From an uncultured archaeon (GTDB taxonomy: Archaea; Thermoplasmatota; Penumbrarchaeia; JASLWR01): DNA of 64,000 bases. The notes under the pieces were generated by a model. It did no database searches and was not told the origin of the DNA. It worked only from the letters and a program-made list of their open reading frames with translations. The stretch is taken from positions 28,529 to 92,528 of the forward strand of contig CAYSHM010000013.1 of NCBI GenBank assembly GCA_964430885.1, written 5' to 3'. The first letter of the stretch is position 1. Every line of letters begins with the position of its first letter. Below, one piece after another: positions 1-8,869 of the stretch. The translations under genes were made by a program, and so were the position numbers.

Positions 1-78
1 GTCGAGTTTGAGGGAACCACCCAGGAGAAGAAGGCCGGTAAGGCTCTCCCGGGCAAACCTGCCATAATTATCCAGTAG
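1..78 (+). CDS. leuS: 3' end of probable leucyl-tRNA synthetase (partial, runs off window)
   Basis: Frame 1 reads VEFEGTTQEKKAGKALPGKPAIIIQ*, matching the KA..ALP.KPAI.I(E/Q) C-terminus of archaeal LeuRS. Confidence 0.6.
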   Translation, partial: VEFEGTTQEKKAGKALPGKPAIIIQ

Positions 79-90
79 AGCTGATAGGTT

Positions 91-1074
91 ATGAACAATG
101 AGGTAATCGCAGGCGTTGATGTAGGCGGTACCAAGATATCTGTGTGTCTAGCGGATAGAAGAGGTATTCTTTTAAATTGCTTGGAGCCTACGGTTCTGGA
201 GGGTCCGGCTGATTCTATACCTTGTCAGATAATAGGAATGATAGAGAGGCTTTGTATGGCTGCGGGTATGGAGAAGGGAGGTCTGAAGGGTGTGGGCGTG
301 AGCTCCGCAGGCCCGTTCATGCTCATTAACGGACTTATTAACTTGGTCTCACCTAACATATGCGGAGCTTTGGCTCCGGAGAGAGGCATTATTCCCAATG
401 ATTGGTCGGCTGTGGCTATTGAGAAAGTGCTGGCGAATGCCCTGCCAGAAGTTGTTATTCGGAATGACGCTGTTGCTGGAGCTGTTGCCGAGAGGACCTT
501 GGGTTCGGCCAAGGATGCGGATAATCTTGTCTATGTGACCTGGAGCACAGGAATTGGTACTGGGGCATTTGTTGACGGCAGGCTTATTGAGGGGAAGAAC
601 GGCAACGCACCTCACGGAGGCCACATATTTCTTCTTGAAGAAGGTCCCTTGTGCGGATGCGGTAACAGGGGAGATCTGGAATCTCTCGCCTCGGGTACAG
701 CCATCGCCAGGGATTACGGTCAGGATGTTGATACTGCGGAGGTTTTCCGGCGGTATCATCTTGGAAACGATGATAAGGCAAAGGAAGTTATTGATAGGGC
801 CGCCGGGCTTTTCGCTCGGGGTTTAGCATCCATCAATGCAGTGCTTGATACAAAGGTCATTGTAATAGGTGGAAGTGTGTTCCTGAACAACGTGGAACTT
901 CTTTTACCCAAGATCAGGGATATTTTTTATTCCACATTTTCAGTGCTCTCAGATAACGTCGAAATTGTTCCCTCCACATTGGCATCCTACCTGCCGGACC
1001 TTGCGAGTCTGTCCCTTGCGATGGATGATGATTGGTGCAAAAACTGGCATTCAAATAGACCTTGGCTTGATTGA
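91..1074 (+). CDS. ROK family sugar kinase
   Basis: GVDVGGTK ATP motif, NDAVAGAVAE, STGIGTG, GH..L....CGCGNRGDLE ROK signature. Confidence 0.9.
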   Translation: MNNEVIAGVDVGGTKISVCLADRRGILLNCLEPTVLEGPADSIPCQIIGMIERLCMAAGMEKGGLKGVGVSSAGPFMLINGLINLVSPNICGALAPERGIIPNDWSAVAIEKVLANALPEVVIRNDAVAGAVAERTLGSAKDADNLVYVTWSTGIGTGAFVDGRLIEGKNGNAPHGGHIFLLEEGPLCGCGNRGDLESLASGTAIARDYGQDVDTAEVFRRYHLGNDDKAKEVIDRAAGLFARGLASINAVLDTKVIVIGGSVFLNNVELLLPKIRDIFYSTFSVLSDNVEIVPSTLASYLPDLASLSLAMDDDWCKNWHSNRPWLD

Positions 1075-1163
1075 TTTATTGAACCTTTCCAAAATCGGAG
1101 TACCTTTCAAATACGAAAATCATCTATTATCACTGTGTAATATCTGAGTGATGATTTGATTTA

Positions 1164-3332
1164 TTGGTGATAATTATTAATTCAAACGGAAAATCAAAAG
1201 GAGGGTCATCCCGGATCCTGCCTATAGTTGTCTTGATCAGTCTGCTTCTAAGTCTGAGTCTGGCTCTGGCTTCGGAGGTTTTAACAGATAGGTCCGGTAA
1301 TATGTGCCAGGGCTGCCATGGCAACAGATACAAGGAGTACTGCAACCTCCTGCCCCATGACGCCGAGAGCGATCTGCCTGCCAGCGCTGATGTGGACCTG
1401 ACCATAACCATGAAGATGGCTGTAGAGGTGATAAGCACAGGCCAGTCAGGTCCGAGCAATTATTTCTTGGTGGATGTCCTACGTGTAACCCTGGGCAGTG
1501 TTAACGGGAAGGTGAACATTCCAGTTCCCCAGCAGGAGGCTAATAATTTATACCCTGGTGACCGGTCAGTATTCTCTTGGGATATCACGCCTACTGAAGC
1601 TGGGGATGAACAGCTGACTTTTTCCCTGTATGCTCACAATCCCCATAAATCATCAACCGCATCGGAGCTTTATTACCACGACCTCACCATTATCGGTCAG
1701 ATGAGTGAACCGAGCTCTCCGCGTTCTTTGGAGCTCAGTGTGGGAAGGATATTTGCTCATCTGACCTGGGAAACTCCCCTGGATGACGGAGGTGATGATC
1801 TAATTAGATTCAATATCTACAGGGGGAACACACCTGGAAACGCAGTTCAATATGACACGGTTTCTCCCTTTACACTAGACTATAATGACACCGCTGTTTC
1901 ACTGGGTGAGAGCTACTATTACCAGGTCAGCGCGGAGAACTCCCAGGGTGAGTCACCGTTATCTTCCGAAGTGTCCGGCGAACTTGTTTTCGCACCTTTA
2001 AGTCCACGGAACCTTCAGGGTGTGGGCGGGGACAACTATGTTCTGCTGTCATGGGACGAACCACTGGACGACGGAGGTGCGCATATTACAAGTTATAACC
2101 TTTACAGGGGAACTACCGAGAACGGTCTCTCACTGCTGGATTCCTTTGGTCCCTCAGAGCATTCTATCAACGACACATCTGTGACCAATAGCAATACCTA
2201 TTATTATCACATTACCTGCGAGAACTCTCAGGGAGAATCCGATCCTGGTAGCATCATATCCATTACCCCCGAGAAGGATGTTTCGGTGCCCACCCCGCCC
2301 AGGGACCTTACCATAGAATGCGGAGAGGATTTTTGCCTTCTGAAATGGGATGAACCCGCTTATGACGGAGGAGCCCCGCTTATATTTTACAAGCTTTACA
2401 GGGGGCCGGCGGATGGTGAACGGGAATTACTGATAAATATCGATGAAGTATATCTGGAATTTAATGATACCTCTGCTTACAGCGGAGTAGAGTATTCCTA
2501 TCATGTGACCGTCGTGAATTCCGCAGGGGAATCACCACCGAGCACAATGGTAACCGGCAAACCCGATGTTGAAGTGAGTCTGCCTTCCCCTCCTGAGAAC
2601 CTTACCTATACTGAGAGTGATGGGTATGTTCATATATATTGGGAACCTCCGGCCAATTTCGGCGGGGGCCGTTTGATCAGTTTCAATCTCTACAGAGGGG
2701 AGGAACTGGCGTCTATCAGATTGTATCGGAATATTCATCCTGACCTTAATGATTTCAATGATACCAACGTGACCAACGGCAAGGTGTTCAGGTACTATGT
2801 CACAGCACTGAACGAGAAATTCGAGAGCGGATCTACCAATATAATCTATACCCTGCCGGAAGAGGAGGATATTTCTGATGATCCCAAGGACGATCCTAAA
2901 CCGCAGTTTCCTCCCTCTTTCCTCCTGACCATACCTGATGAAGAAACAATCGAGACAGGTCTGAACAACATTGTGCATTTTATGGTGAGGGGCAATGTAA
3001 CGGCCAATATCACATGGTTTGTCGAGGGTGACGTGTATTCCAAGGGTTCGGAGATACTGGAATATCCTACCCTTTTACCAGGCACCTATGATATAGAGGT
3101 GGAGCTGGAGAGATACGGACTTACCGCTTCACACTCGTGGAAAATCAAGGTCCTGTACCGGACACCCGGGAATGATGACAGTAGCAATATTGGCAATGGC
3201 GGTTCCCAAGGAGATCCCGAGAGCGGTGGAAGTACTGATTACGGTCTCTTTGCCGACATGCTCTACATTTTGGGCGGTATAGGATTAATCGTCTTAACAG
3301 TGATACTTGTGATCTATTACAGGAGGCAGTAA
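1164..3332 (+). CDS. Exported single-CxxCH protein with four FN3 repeats and a C-terminal TM anchor
   Basis: Signal-like hydrophobic N-terminus, MCQGCH, four repeats of P..PR.L...L.W..P.DDGG....Y.LYRG, C-terminal TM followed by RRQ. Confidence 0.8.
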   Translation: MVIIINSNGKSKGGSSRILPIVVLISLLLSLSLALASEVLTDRSGNMCQGCHGNRYKEYCNLLPHDAESDLPASADVDLTITMKMAVEVISTGQSGPSNYFLVDVLRVTLGSVNGKVNIPVPQQEANNLYPGDRSVFSWDITPTEAGDEQLTFSLYAHNPHKSSTASELYYHDLTIIGQMSEPSSPRSLELSVGRIFAHLTWETPLDDGGDDLIRFNIYRGNTPGNAVQYDTVSPFTLDYNDTAVSLGESYYYQVSAENSQGESPLSSEVSGELVFAPLSPRNLQGVGGDNYVLLSWDEPLDDGGAHITSYNLYRGTTENGLSLLDSFGPSEHSINDTSVTNSNTYYYHITCENSQGESDPGSIISITPEKDVSVPTPPRDLTIECGEDFCLLKWDEPAYDGGAPLIFYKLYRGPADGERELLINIDEVYLEFNDTSAYSGVEYSYHVTVVNSAGESPPSTMVTGKPDVEVSLPSPPENLTYTESDGYVHIYWEPPANFGGGRLISFNLYRGEELASIRLYRNIHPDLNDFNDTNVTNGKVFRYYVTALNEKFESGSTNIIYTLPEEEDISDDPKDDPKPQFPPSFLLTIPDEETIETGLNNIVHFMVRGNVTANITWFVEGDVYSKGSEILEYPTLLPGTYDIEVELERYGLTASHSWKIKVLYRTPGNDDSSNIGNGGSQGDPESGGSTDYGLFADMLYILGGIGLIVLTVILVIYYRRQ

Positions 3333-4661
3333 ATGAAGCGCATACTGGTCCTGGCCTCCCTCCTGCTTCTCCTTGCTTCCACACTAGCTGCCGGCTATTC
3401 CGAGACCCGAAGCAACTGTTATTCATGCCACAGCTCATCTTCGGCTTCAGGCGGCTACAAATATGTTCTCCCTGAACTTCAGCTCGATGTGCCGGGATTT
3501 GTAGAGCCGGATACGGATTTCGTATTGAATATGAAACTACTTTTCTCCGATTACGAAATAGAAGAAGCTGAGTTCACCCTGAGTGCCGACGAGGACATGC
3601 TGGTCTTTACCGAAGATGTTGTGAAACGTTCAGGTCTATCCAATGGTGATGAGGTTTCTATAGGGGGTAAGACCAAGGGTCAAGGCGTTGTGGAGATAAA
3701 GGTGATCGCAAGGGTAGATGTCTATTATGACCATAATGTCGGCAGTTATGATGACAGGGGCACGGAGATACTTGAGAAGACCGCTGTTCTGACAGTCGGA
3801 AGTACATCGCTCATTCCCTCTCATTGGTCTATACTCCTTAAAAAGGATCCAGTCCCGGTTCAATTGAAGGCCAAGGAAGATATTACCGATATTGAAATAA
3901 CGGCACCTTACGGAGTTCATGTACTACCCCAGACAATTGCCAAGCTGGATTCTGGAAAGACCGCAGTCATTACCCTGGAAGCCGACAGCAGTTCTAGCAT
4001 TAATGAAAATATTATTATCACCTGGAATGAAGGAGGCAACCAAAGGGCTTTATCCATCAATGTGGTTCACAGGGCTTCATCTGGTTCAGGAAGCGACGGC
4101 CTTCACTTGATGGGCAGAATAACTGGAATAGCCTCAATATTCCTTCTTTTGGCGTCACTGATATTCGGGGGGCTCTGGAATTCACGAAATGCACTGAAAA
4201 AAATGATGTCAGCCAAAACAAGGATAAAGATTCACTGCGGAATCTCATGGTTCCTCTTTGCCCTTGCATTATATCACGGGATAATCCTTCTTGTCGGCCC
4301 CTATAATTCGCAGATCTGGGAGAGGCCGGTGATAATTGGTGATATTGCAGCCTTTGGTATGCTGATCGCAGCCCTGTCAGGAGGTTTGATGAAATGGATG
4401 ATCAGGAAGTTTGGTAGAAAGGCGTGGCGGATCATACATCTGTATTCAACCCTAGGAGCTCTTGTTCTGGGAACCCTTCACGGCATTCAGATGGGGACTG
4501 ATACGGATTTCATAAGGGAAACACCCCCCCTTCGGATATTTATCATGGCTGTGGTTATAATTGGAAGTATTATCTCACTTATAATGCTGCACAGAAGTAA
4601 TAAGACCAAAAAAGCAGTAACCCCAAGGGGTGATCATAGGGTGAAGTTCAGGTCAAATTGA
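3333..4661 (+). CDS. Exported CxxCH domain fused to a ferric-reductase/cytochrome b-like membrane domain
   Basis: Signal peptide, CYSCH, beta-rich domains, then about 5 TM helices with two H-x13-H pairs (IHCG..LYHG; IHLY..TLHG); ATG directly follows the upstream TAA. Confidence 0.75.
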   Translation: MKRILVLASLLLLLASTLAAGYSETRSNCYSCHSSSSASGGYKYVLPELQLDVPGFVEPDTDFVLNMKLLFSDYEIEEAEFTLSADEDMLVFTEDVVKRSGLSNGDEVSIGGKTKGQGVVEIKVIARVDVYYDHNVGSYDDRGTEILEKTAVLTVGSTSLIPSHWSILLKKDPVPVQLKAKEDITDIEITAPYGVHVLPQTIAKLDSGKTAVITLEADSSSSINENIIITWNEGGNQRALSINVVHRASSGSGSDGLHLMGRITGIASIFLLLASLIFGGLWNSRNALKKMMSAKTRIKIHCGISWFLFALALYHGIILLVGPYNSQIWERPVIIGDIAAFGMLIAALSGGLMKWMIRKFGRKAWRIIHLYSTLGALVLGTLHGIQMGTDTDFIRETPPLRIFIMAVVIIGSIISLIMLHRSNKTKKAVTPRGDHRVKFRSN

Positions 4662-4739
4662 TCATCAAATATTCTGAATATAATAGATTGATCAGGTCTA
4701 TTAATAGAATGGATAACACATAAAGGTTGGATTGGTAAA

Positions 4740-5186
4740 ATGGCACATTCACTGGATTCGGCAATGATTTACATACACCCGCCCTTGGCCATTATCGGCT
4801 ATGTTCTTATCCTTCTGAGCACAGTTTTCATTGGCCGGGAACTTTTCCTAAAAAAGCAATTCAAAGCTACAAAGAAGATCCTCTATACATCCTGGATCAT
4901 TAACCTTCTGGGTGTAGTTACCGGTGCAATATGGGCACAGTGGGCCTGGGGTTCATACTGGTCCTGGGATCCCAAGGAGACGGTGTCTCTCATTATGTTC
5001 GTGTTTGTGGTAATAGGACTCCTTTTTTACGAAAACCCCATCTTCAATATCAAATGCGACGGAAGCTGCCCGGTACAGAACCATCGGAAACATATCTCGT
5101 TTGGACTCCATATAGCTGCAATCATAACGATATTTATCAACATATGGATAACCCTTGGGAATTTCGGTCTGCATTCATACGGCTGA
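4740..5186 (+). CDS. ccsA: Minimal cytochrome c biogenesis protein (CcsA/CcmF-like WWD domain)
   Basis: [23 protein letters not shown] and C-terminal GLHSY motifs; about 4 TM. Confidence 0.85.
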   Translation: MAHSLDSAMIYIHPPLAIIGYVLILLSTVFIGRELFLKKQFKATKKILYTSWIINLLGVVTGAIWAQWAWGSYWSWDPKETVSLIMFVFVVIGLLFYENPIFNIKCDGSCPVQNHRKHISFGLHIAAIITIFINIWITLGNFGLHSYG

Positions 5187-5224
5187 TCTGCCCTAATCTA
5201 TCAGGACCTTTTCGAGGATGAAAT

Positions 5225-6250
5225 ATGTTTAGACGATTTCGAGATATCTGGCACCCGGAGAACTATCACGGAACGAAAAATAAAAAAAAATTCTTTGAAG
5301 GCTGGTACTTCAAGCTTGTTTCCGCAGATCTAAAGAAAAAATTCGCATTCATACCGGGTATATCCCTGTCCCCTGAAGACCCACACTGCTTCATCCAGGT
5401 TCTGGAAGGTGGCAGCAGCCAGACCAATTATGTGCGCTATTCCATTGATGAATTTCAGATAGGCAAAAAATTCGATTTGACCCTGGGTAAGAGCCGTTTC
5501 AACATCGACGGCCTGGAGCTGGATATCCTGGATGAGTTCATAACGATCAAGGGTGTAATTAACTTCAAGGATCAATATAAATGGCCCGGGACCTTCTTTT
5601 CACCCGGGGCCATGGGACCCTACCAGTTTGCGCCTTTCATGCAGTGTAACCATGGCATACTGAGCATGGACCATGTAATAACGGGTAAATTGGCGGTGAA
5701 TGGGGAGAGCGTGGATTTAACCGGAGGCCGGGGTTACCTCGAAAAGGACTGGGGCCGGTCATTTCCACGGGCGTGGATATGGTCCCAATGCAATGATTGG
5801 GAGTCGCCGGCCCCCACCCCCGATCCCACACCTACGTCGGTGAGTATATCTGTTGCTACAGTGCCTTGGATGTGGAGCTATTTCACAGGTTTCATTATCG
5901 TTGTGATGGCCGGTGGGAAATTCTACAATTTCTCCACCTATGCAGGAGGGAGGATAAAACGACTGAGGGTCAGAGATTCCTTGGTCGAGCTTAAGATCGT
6001 AAGTAAAGATATCGTTCTGGAAGCAATTCTAATAAAGAGTCGCGGAGGAGAACTAGCTAGTCCGGTAAAGGGCATGATGGAGGGACGAATAACCGAGAGC
6101 CTTGATTCCAGGTGCAGGATCGCCCTTTACAGGCTGAGCAGGAATGGATCGGGGGAACGGCAGATTATGTTCAGGGGCAAGGGTGACCCGGCAGCCCTGG
6201 AAGTTGTGGGAGATATGGATGAGCTGAGGTCTGGATTAGGGTTGAAATAA
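5225..6250 (+). CDS. Tocopherol cyclase-like protein
   Basis: FFEGWYFK, MGP..F.PFMQCNHG..SM.H, GYLEKDWGRSFP..W.W.Q.N motifs. Confidence 0.85.
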   Translation: MFRRFRDIWHPENYHGTKNKKKFFEGWYFKLVSADLKKKFAFIPGISLSPEDPHCFIQVLEGGSSQTNYVRYSIDEFQIGKKFDLTLGKSRFNIDGLELDILDEFITIKGVINFKDQYKWPGTFFSPGAMGPYQFAPFMQCNHGILSMDHVITGKLAVNGESVDLTGGRGYLEKDWGRSFPRAWIWSQCNDWESPAPTPDPTPTSVSISVATVPWMWSYFTGFIIVVMAGGKFYNFSTYAGGRIKRLRVRDSLVELKIVSKDIVLEAILIKSRGGELASPVKGMMEGRITESLDSRCRIALYRLSRNGSGERQIMFRGKGDPAALEVVGDMDELRSGLGLK

Positions 6251-6350
6251 CATGAAATTTAGAATATTGAATATTTCCAGGTTCGAGATAACTTTGATAA
6301 TGTTAATAATCTAACAAAAAGTATTACCTCTGTATAATACATTTCCAATA

Positions 6351-8159
6351 TTGAAGGTGAAATATATGAAGTACATCTGCGAGGTTTGCGCCTACGAACA
6401 TGAAACGGAAGACGATAATTGGGCCGAATTGGAGGATGGTTTCTCCTGTCCCGTTTGCGGCTCGCCGAAAAGCTATTTCAAGGTAGTTGTAGAGAGAAAG
6501 ACCGAAGAAGATGGTACTGAAACCGTATCACAGGAGACCACCTATTTCGAGTGCACTGTATGTGCCCACAAGCACGAGGCCCAGCATGGTTTTCTGGACG
6601 ATGAAGGTGAATTTACCTGTCCGGTATGCCAGTCACCGAAGAACTACTTCACCCATTGCGAACCTGTGCTGACCAGTGTGAAGATCGATAAAGGGGATGA
6701 GGATTCTAGCTCTGGAAGCTCACAAGGAGTGATTGTGTATGAATGCGAGATCTGCGGTTATATCGTGAAAGCTGGACCTGACTGGAAGGGTCTGAAGGAC
6801 GGTTTTTTATGTCCAATTTGCCAGTCCCCTAAATCCTTTTTCAAAGTGAAAAATTCTGAGTTGCCCACAATCGCCTTATCGGCATCATCAACATCACCAA
6901 CACAGACCACTGCCCAAGAAGATACCGGGAAGGAAGCTACTCAGCCCATACCTGCACCTCCTACATCAACCACAGAGAAATATTTTCTCGATATTAAGAT
7001 GATGGCGGATTCCGGCAGATCCATAATCGAGCCCATGAGAACCCGTGAGAATGTGATAGGCTGGGAGGACATACTTATAAAAGGCAGCCAGCTCTACAAA
7101 CTGCCCCTCCTGGAAGAGGTTTCTGTCAATACTTCCACTGTAATCGGACCAAAGGCAAAGAAACCCCTTATAATCGAAGCTCCAATATTCATTACACATA
7201 TGTCATTTGGAGCGCTATCAAGGGAAGCCAAGATAGCCCTGGCCAAGGGTAGCGCAGCAGTAAAGACCGCAATGTGCTCAGGGGAAGGGGGGATTCTGGA
7301 GAAGTCCTTCGATAGTTCCTACAGATATATATTCGAATACGTTCCCAATCTATACGGCGTTACCGAGGAGAACCTGAAAAGGGTGGACGCTGTCGAAATA
7401 AAATTCGGTCAATCCACCAAACCCGGTATGGGAGGCCATCTGCCGGGGGAGAAGGTCACAGAGGAGATATCCGAGGTCAGGGGTTTCGCAAAGGGAAAGG
7501 ATATCATCAGTTCGGCCCATTTCTCGGATATAACAAATAAAGAGGAACTCAAGGCTAAGGTTGACTGGCTCAGGGAGACCTCAGGAGGAAGGCCCATCGG
7601 CATCAAGATCGCAGCAGGCCACATCGAGAAGGACATGGGAATAGCGGTATATGCAGGTCCCGATTTCATTACCGTGGACGGAAGGCCAGGCGGGACTGGG
7701 GCATCAGCCAAATACGTAAAGGCGGCAGCATCAATGCCCACATTATTTGCCCTTCACAGAGCAAGAAAGTTCCTGGATGAGAGCGGTCATGATGATATTT
7801 CACTAATCATGACAGGGGGTTTCAGGGTGTCCCCGGATTACGCCAAGGCCCTGGCAATGGGAGCGGATGCAGTTGCCATAGGTCAGGCAGCGGTCATGGC
7901 CCTAGGATGTTTTCAGCACAGAATATGCCATACAGGAAAATGCCGGGCGGGCATCATGACCCAGGATCTGGAATTGCGCAAAAACCTCGTTGTAGATGTG
8001 TCGGCAAAAAGGGTGGAGAATTACCTTAAGGTCTGCATCAAGGAACTAAAGGATTTCGCACGATTAACAGGCAATGATGATGTGCACTGTATGTCGATAG
8101 AGGACCTTATGACAGTCAATTCGGAGATATCGGACCATACGGATATCGAGCACGTATAG
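6351..8159 (+). CDS. FMN-binding glutamate synthase-related protein (GltB2-like) with three N-terminal rubredoxin domains
   Basis: Three CxxC..CPxC modules; MSFGALS, CSGEGG, EIKFGQ..KPG.GGHLPG.KV, DG..GGTG, C-x5-C-x4-C cluster motif. Likely start ATG at 6366. Confidence 0.9.
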   Translation: MKVKYMKYICEVCAYEHETEDDNWAELEDGFSCPVCGSPKSYFKVVVERKTEEDGTETVSQETTYFECTVCAHKHEAQHGFLDDEGEFTCPVCQSPKNYFTHCEPVLTSVKIDKGDEDSSSGSSQGVIVYECEICGYIVKAGPDWKGLKDGFLCPICQSPKSFFKVKNSELPTIALSASSTSPTQTTAQEDTGKEATQPIPAPPTSTTEKYFLDIKMMADSGRSIIEPMRTRENVIGWEDILIKGSQLYKLPLLEEVSVNTSTVIGPKAKKPLIIEAPIFITHMSFGALSREAKIALAKGSAAVKTAMCSGEGGILEKSFDSSYRYIFEYVPNLYGVTEENLKRVDAVEIKFGQSTKPGMGGHLPGEKVTEEISEVRGFAKGKDIISSAHFSDITNKEELKAKVDWLRETSGGRPIGIKIAAGHIEKDMGIAVYAGPDFITVDGRPGGTGASAKYVKAAASMPTLFALHRARKFLDESGHDDISLIMTGGFRVSPDYAKALAMGADAVAIGQAAVMALGCFQHRICHTGKCRAGIMTQDLELRKNLVVDVSAKRVENYLKVCIKELKDFARLTGNDDVHCMSIEDLMTVNSEISDHTDIEHV

Positions 8160-8224
8160 AAATAAAAATGGATAAACGAATCGATGTTAGAGTACGAAAT
8201 ATAACACAAAAAGGAGAAGATAGA

Positions 8225-8746
8225 ATGAGCAAGACCAAAGAAAACCTGAAAGCGGCCTTTGCGGGAGAATCCCAGGCCCGGAACAAGTATACCTACTATG
8301 CAGAGGTTGCGGAGAGAGAAGGATATCATTACATTGCAAAGGTATTTTTAGAGACCGCCGAGAACGAGAAACAGCACGCCATGGACCATTTCAAGATGCT
8401 GGGAGAGCTTGGGACCACCGAGGATAACCTCAAGGCGGCCATTAGCGGAGAGCATTACGAGACCGTGGAGATGTATCCCCAGTTCGCAAAGGATGCCCAG
8501 GAGGAAGGAGATATGCTCTCGGCAGCCCTTTTCAGAATGATCGGCAGGGTGGAGGAGCAGCACAGGGAAAGATACAAAAAATTGTTGGATATGGTTCAGA
8601 ACGGCACGGTCTTCAAGAGGGACAAACCTATCAGGTGGAAATGCGCAAAATGCGGCTACATCCACGAGGGAACAGAGCCTCCCATGAAGTGTCCCGCCTG
8701 CAAGAATCCCCGGGAGTACTACGAGCCCGATGCACTTGACCTGTAG
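8225..8746 (+). CDS. rbr: Rubrerythrin
   Basis: AFAGESQARNKY, E..H di-iron motifs, C-terminal WKC..CGY...PP.KCP.C; start placed at MSKTKENL after AGGAG. Confidence 0.93.
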   Translation: MSKTKENLKAAFAGESQARNKYTYYAEVAEREGYHYIAKVFLETAENEKQHAMDHFKMLGELGTTEDNLKAAISGEHYETVEMYPQFAKDAQEEGDMLSAALFRMIGRVEEQHRERYKKLLDMVQNGTVFKRDKPIRWKCAKCGYIHEGTEPPMKCPACKNPREYYEPDALDL

Positions 8747-8869
8747 GAAACGAATTTTCATATTAATTAACATAATGCCCTGCGGCGCCTGTTCAAAGCT
8801 CTCTTGGTACTTTGGATAGATTAATAGAGCCAAGTTAAAAATAAAATATCCGCCTTAGCCCTCAGCAGT

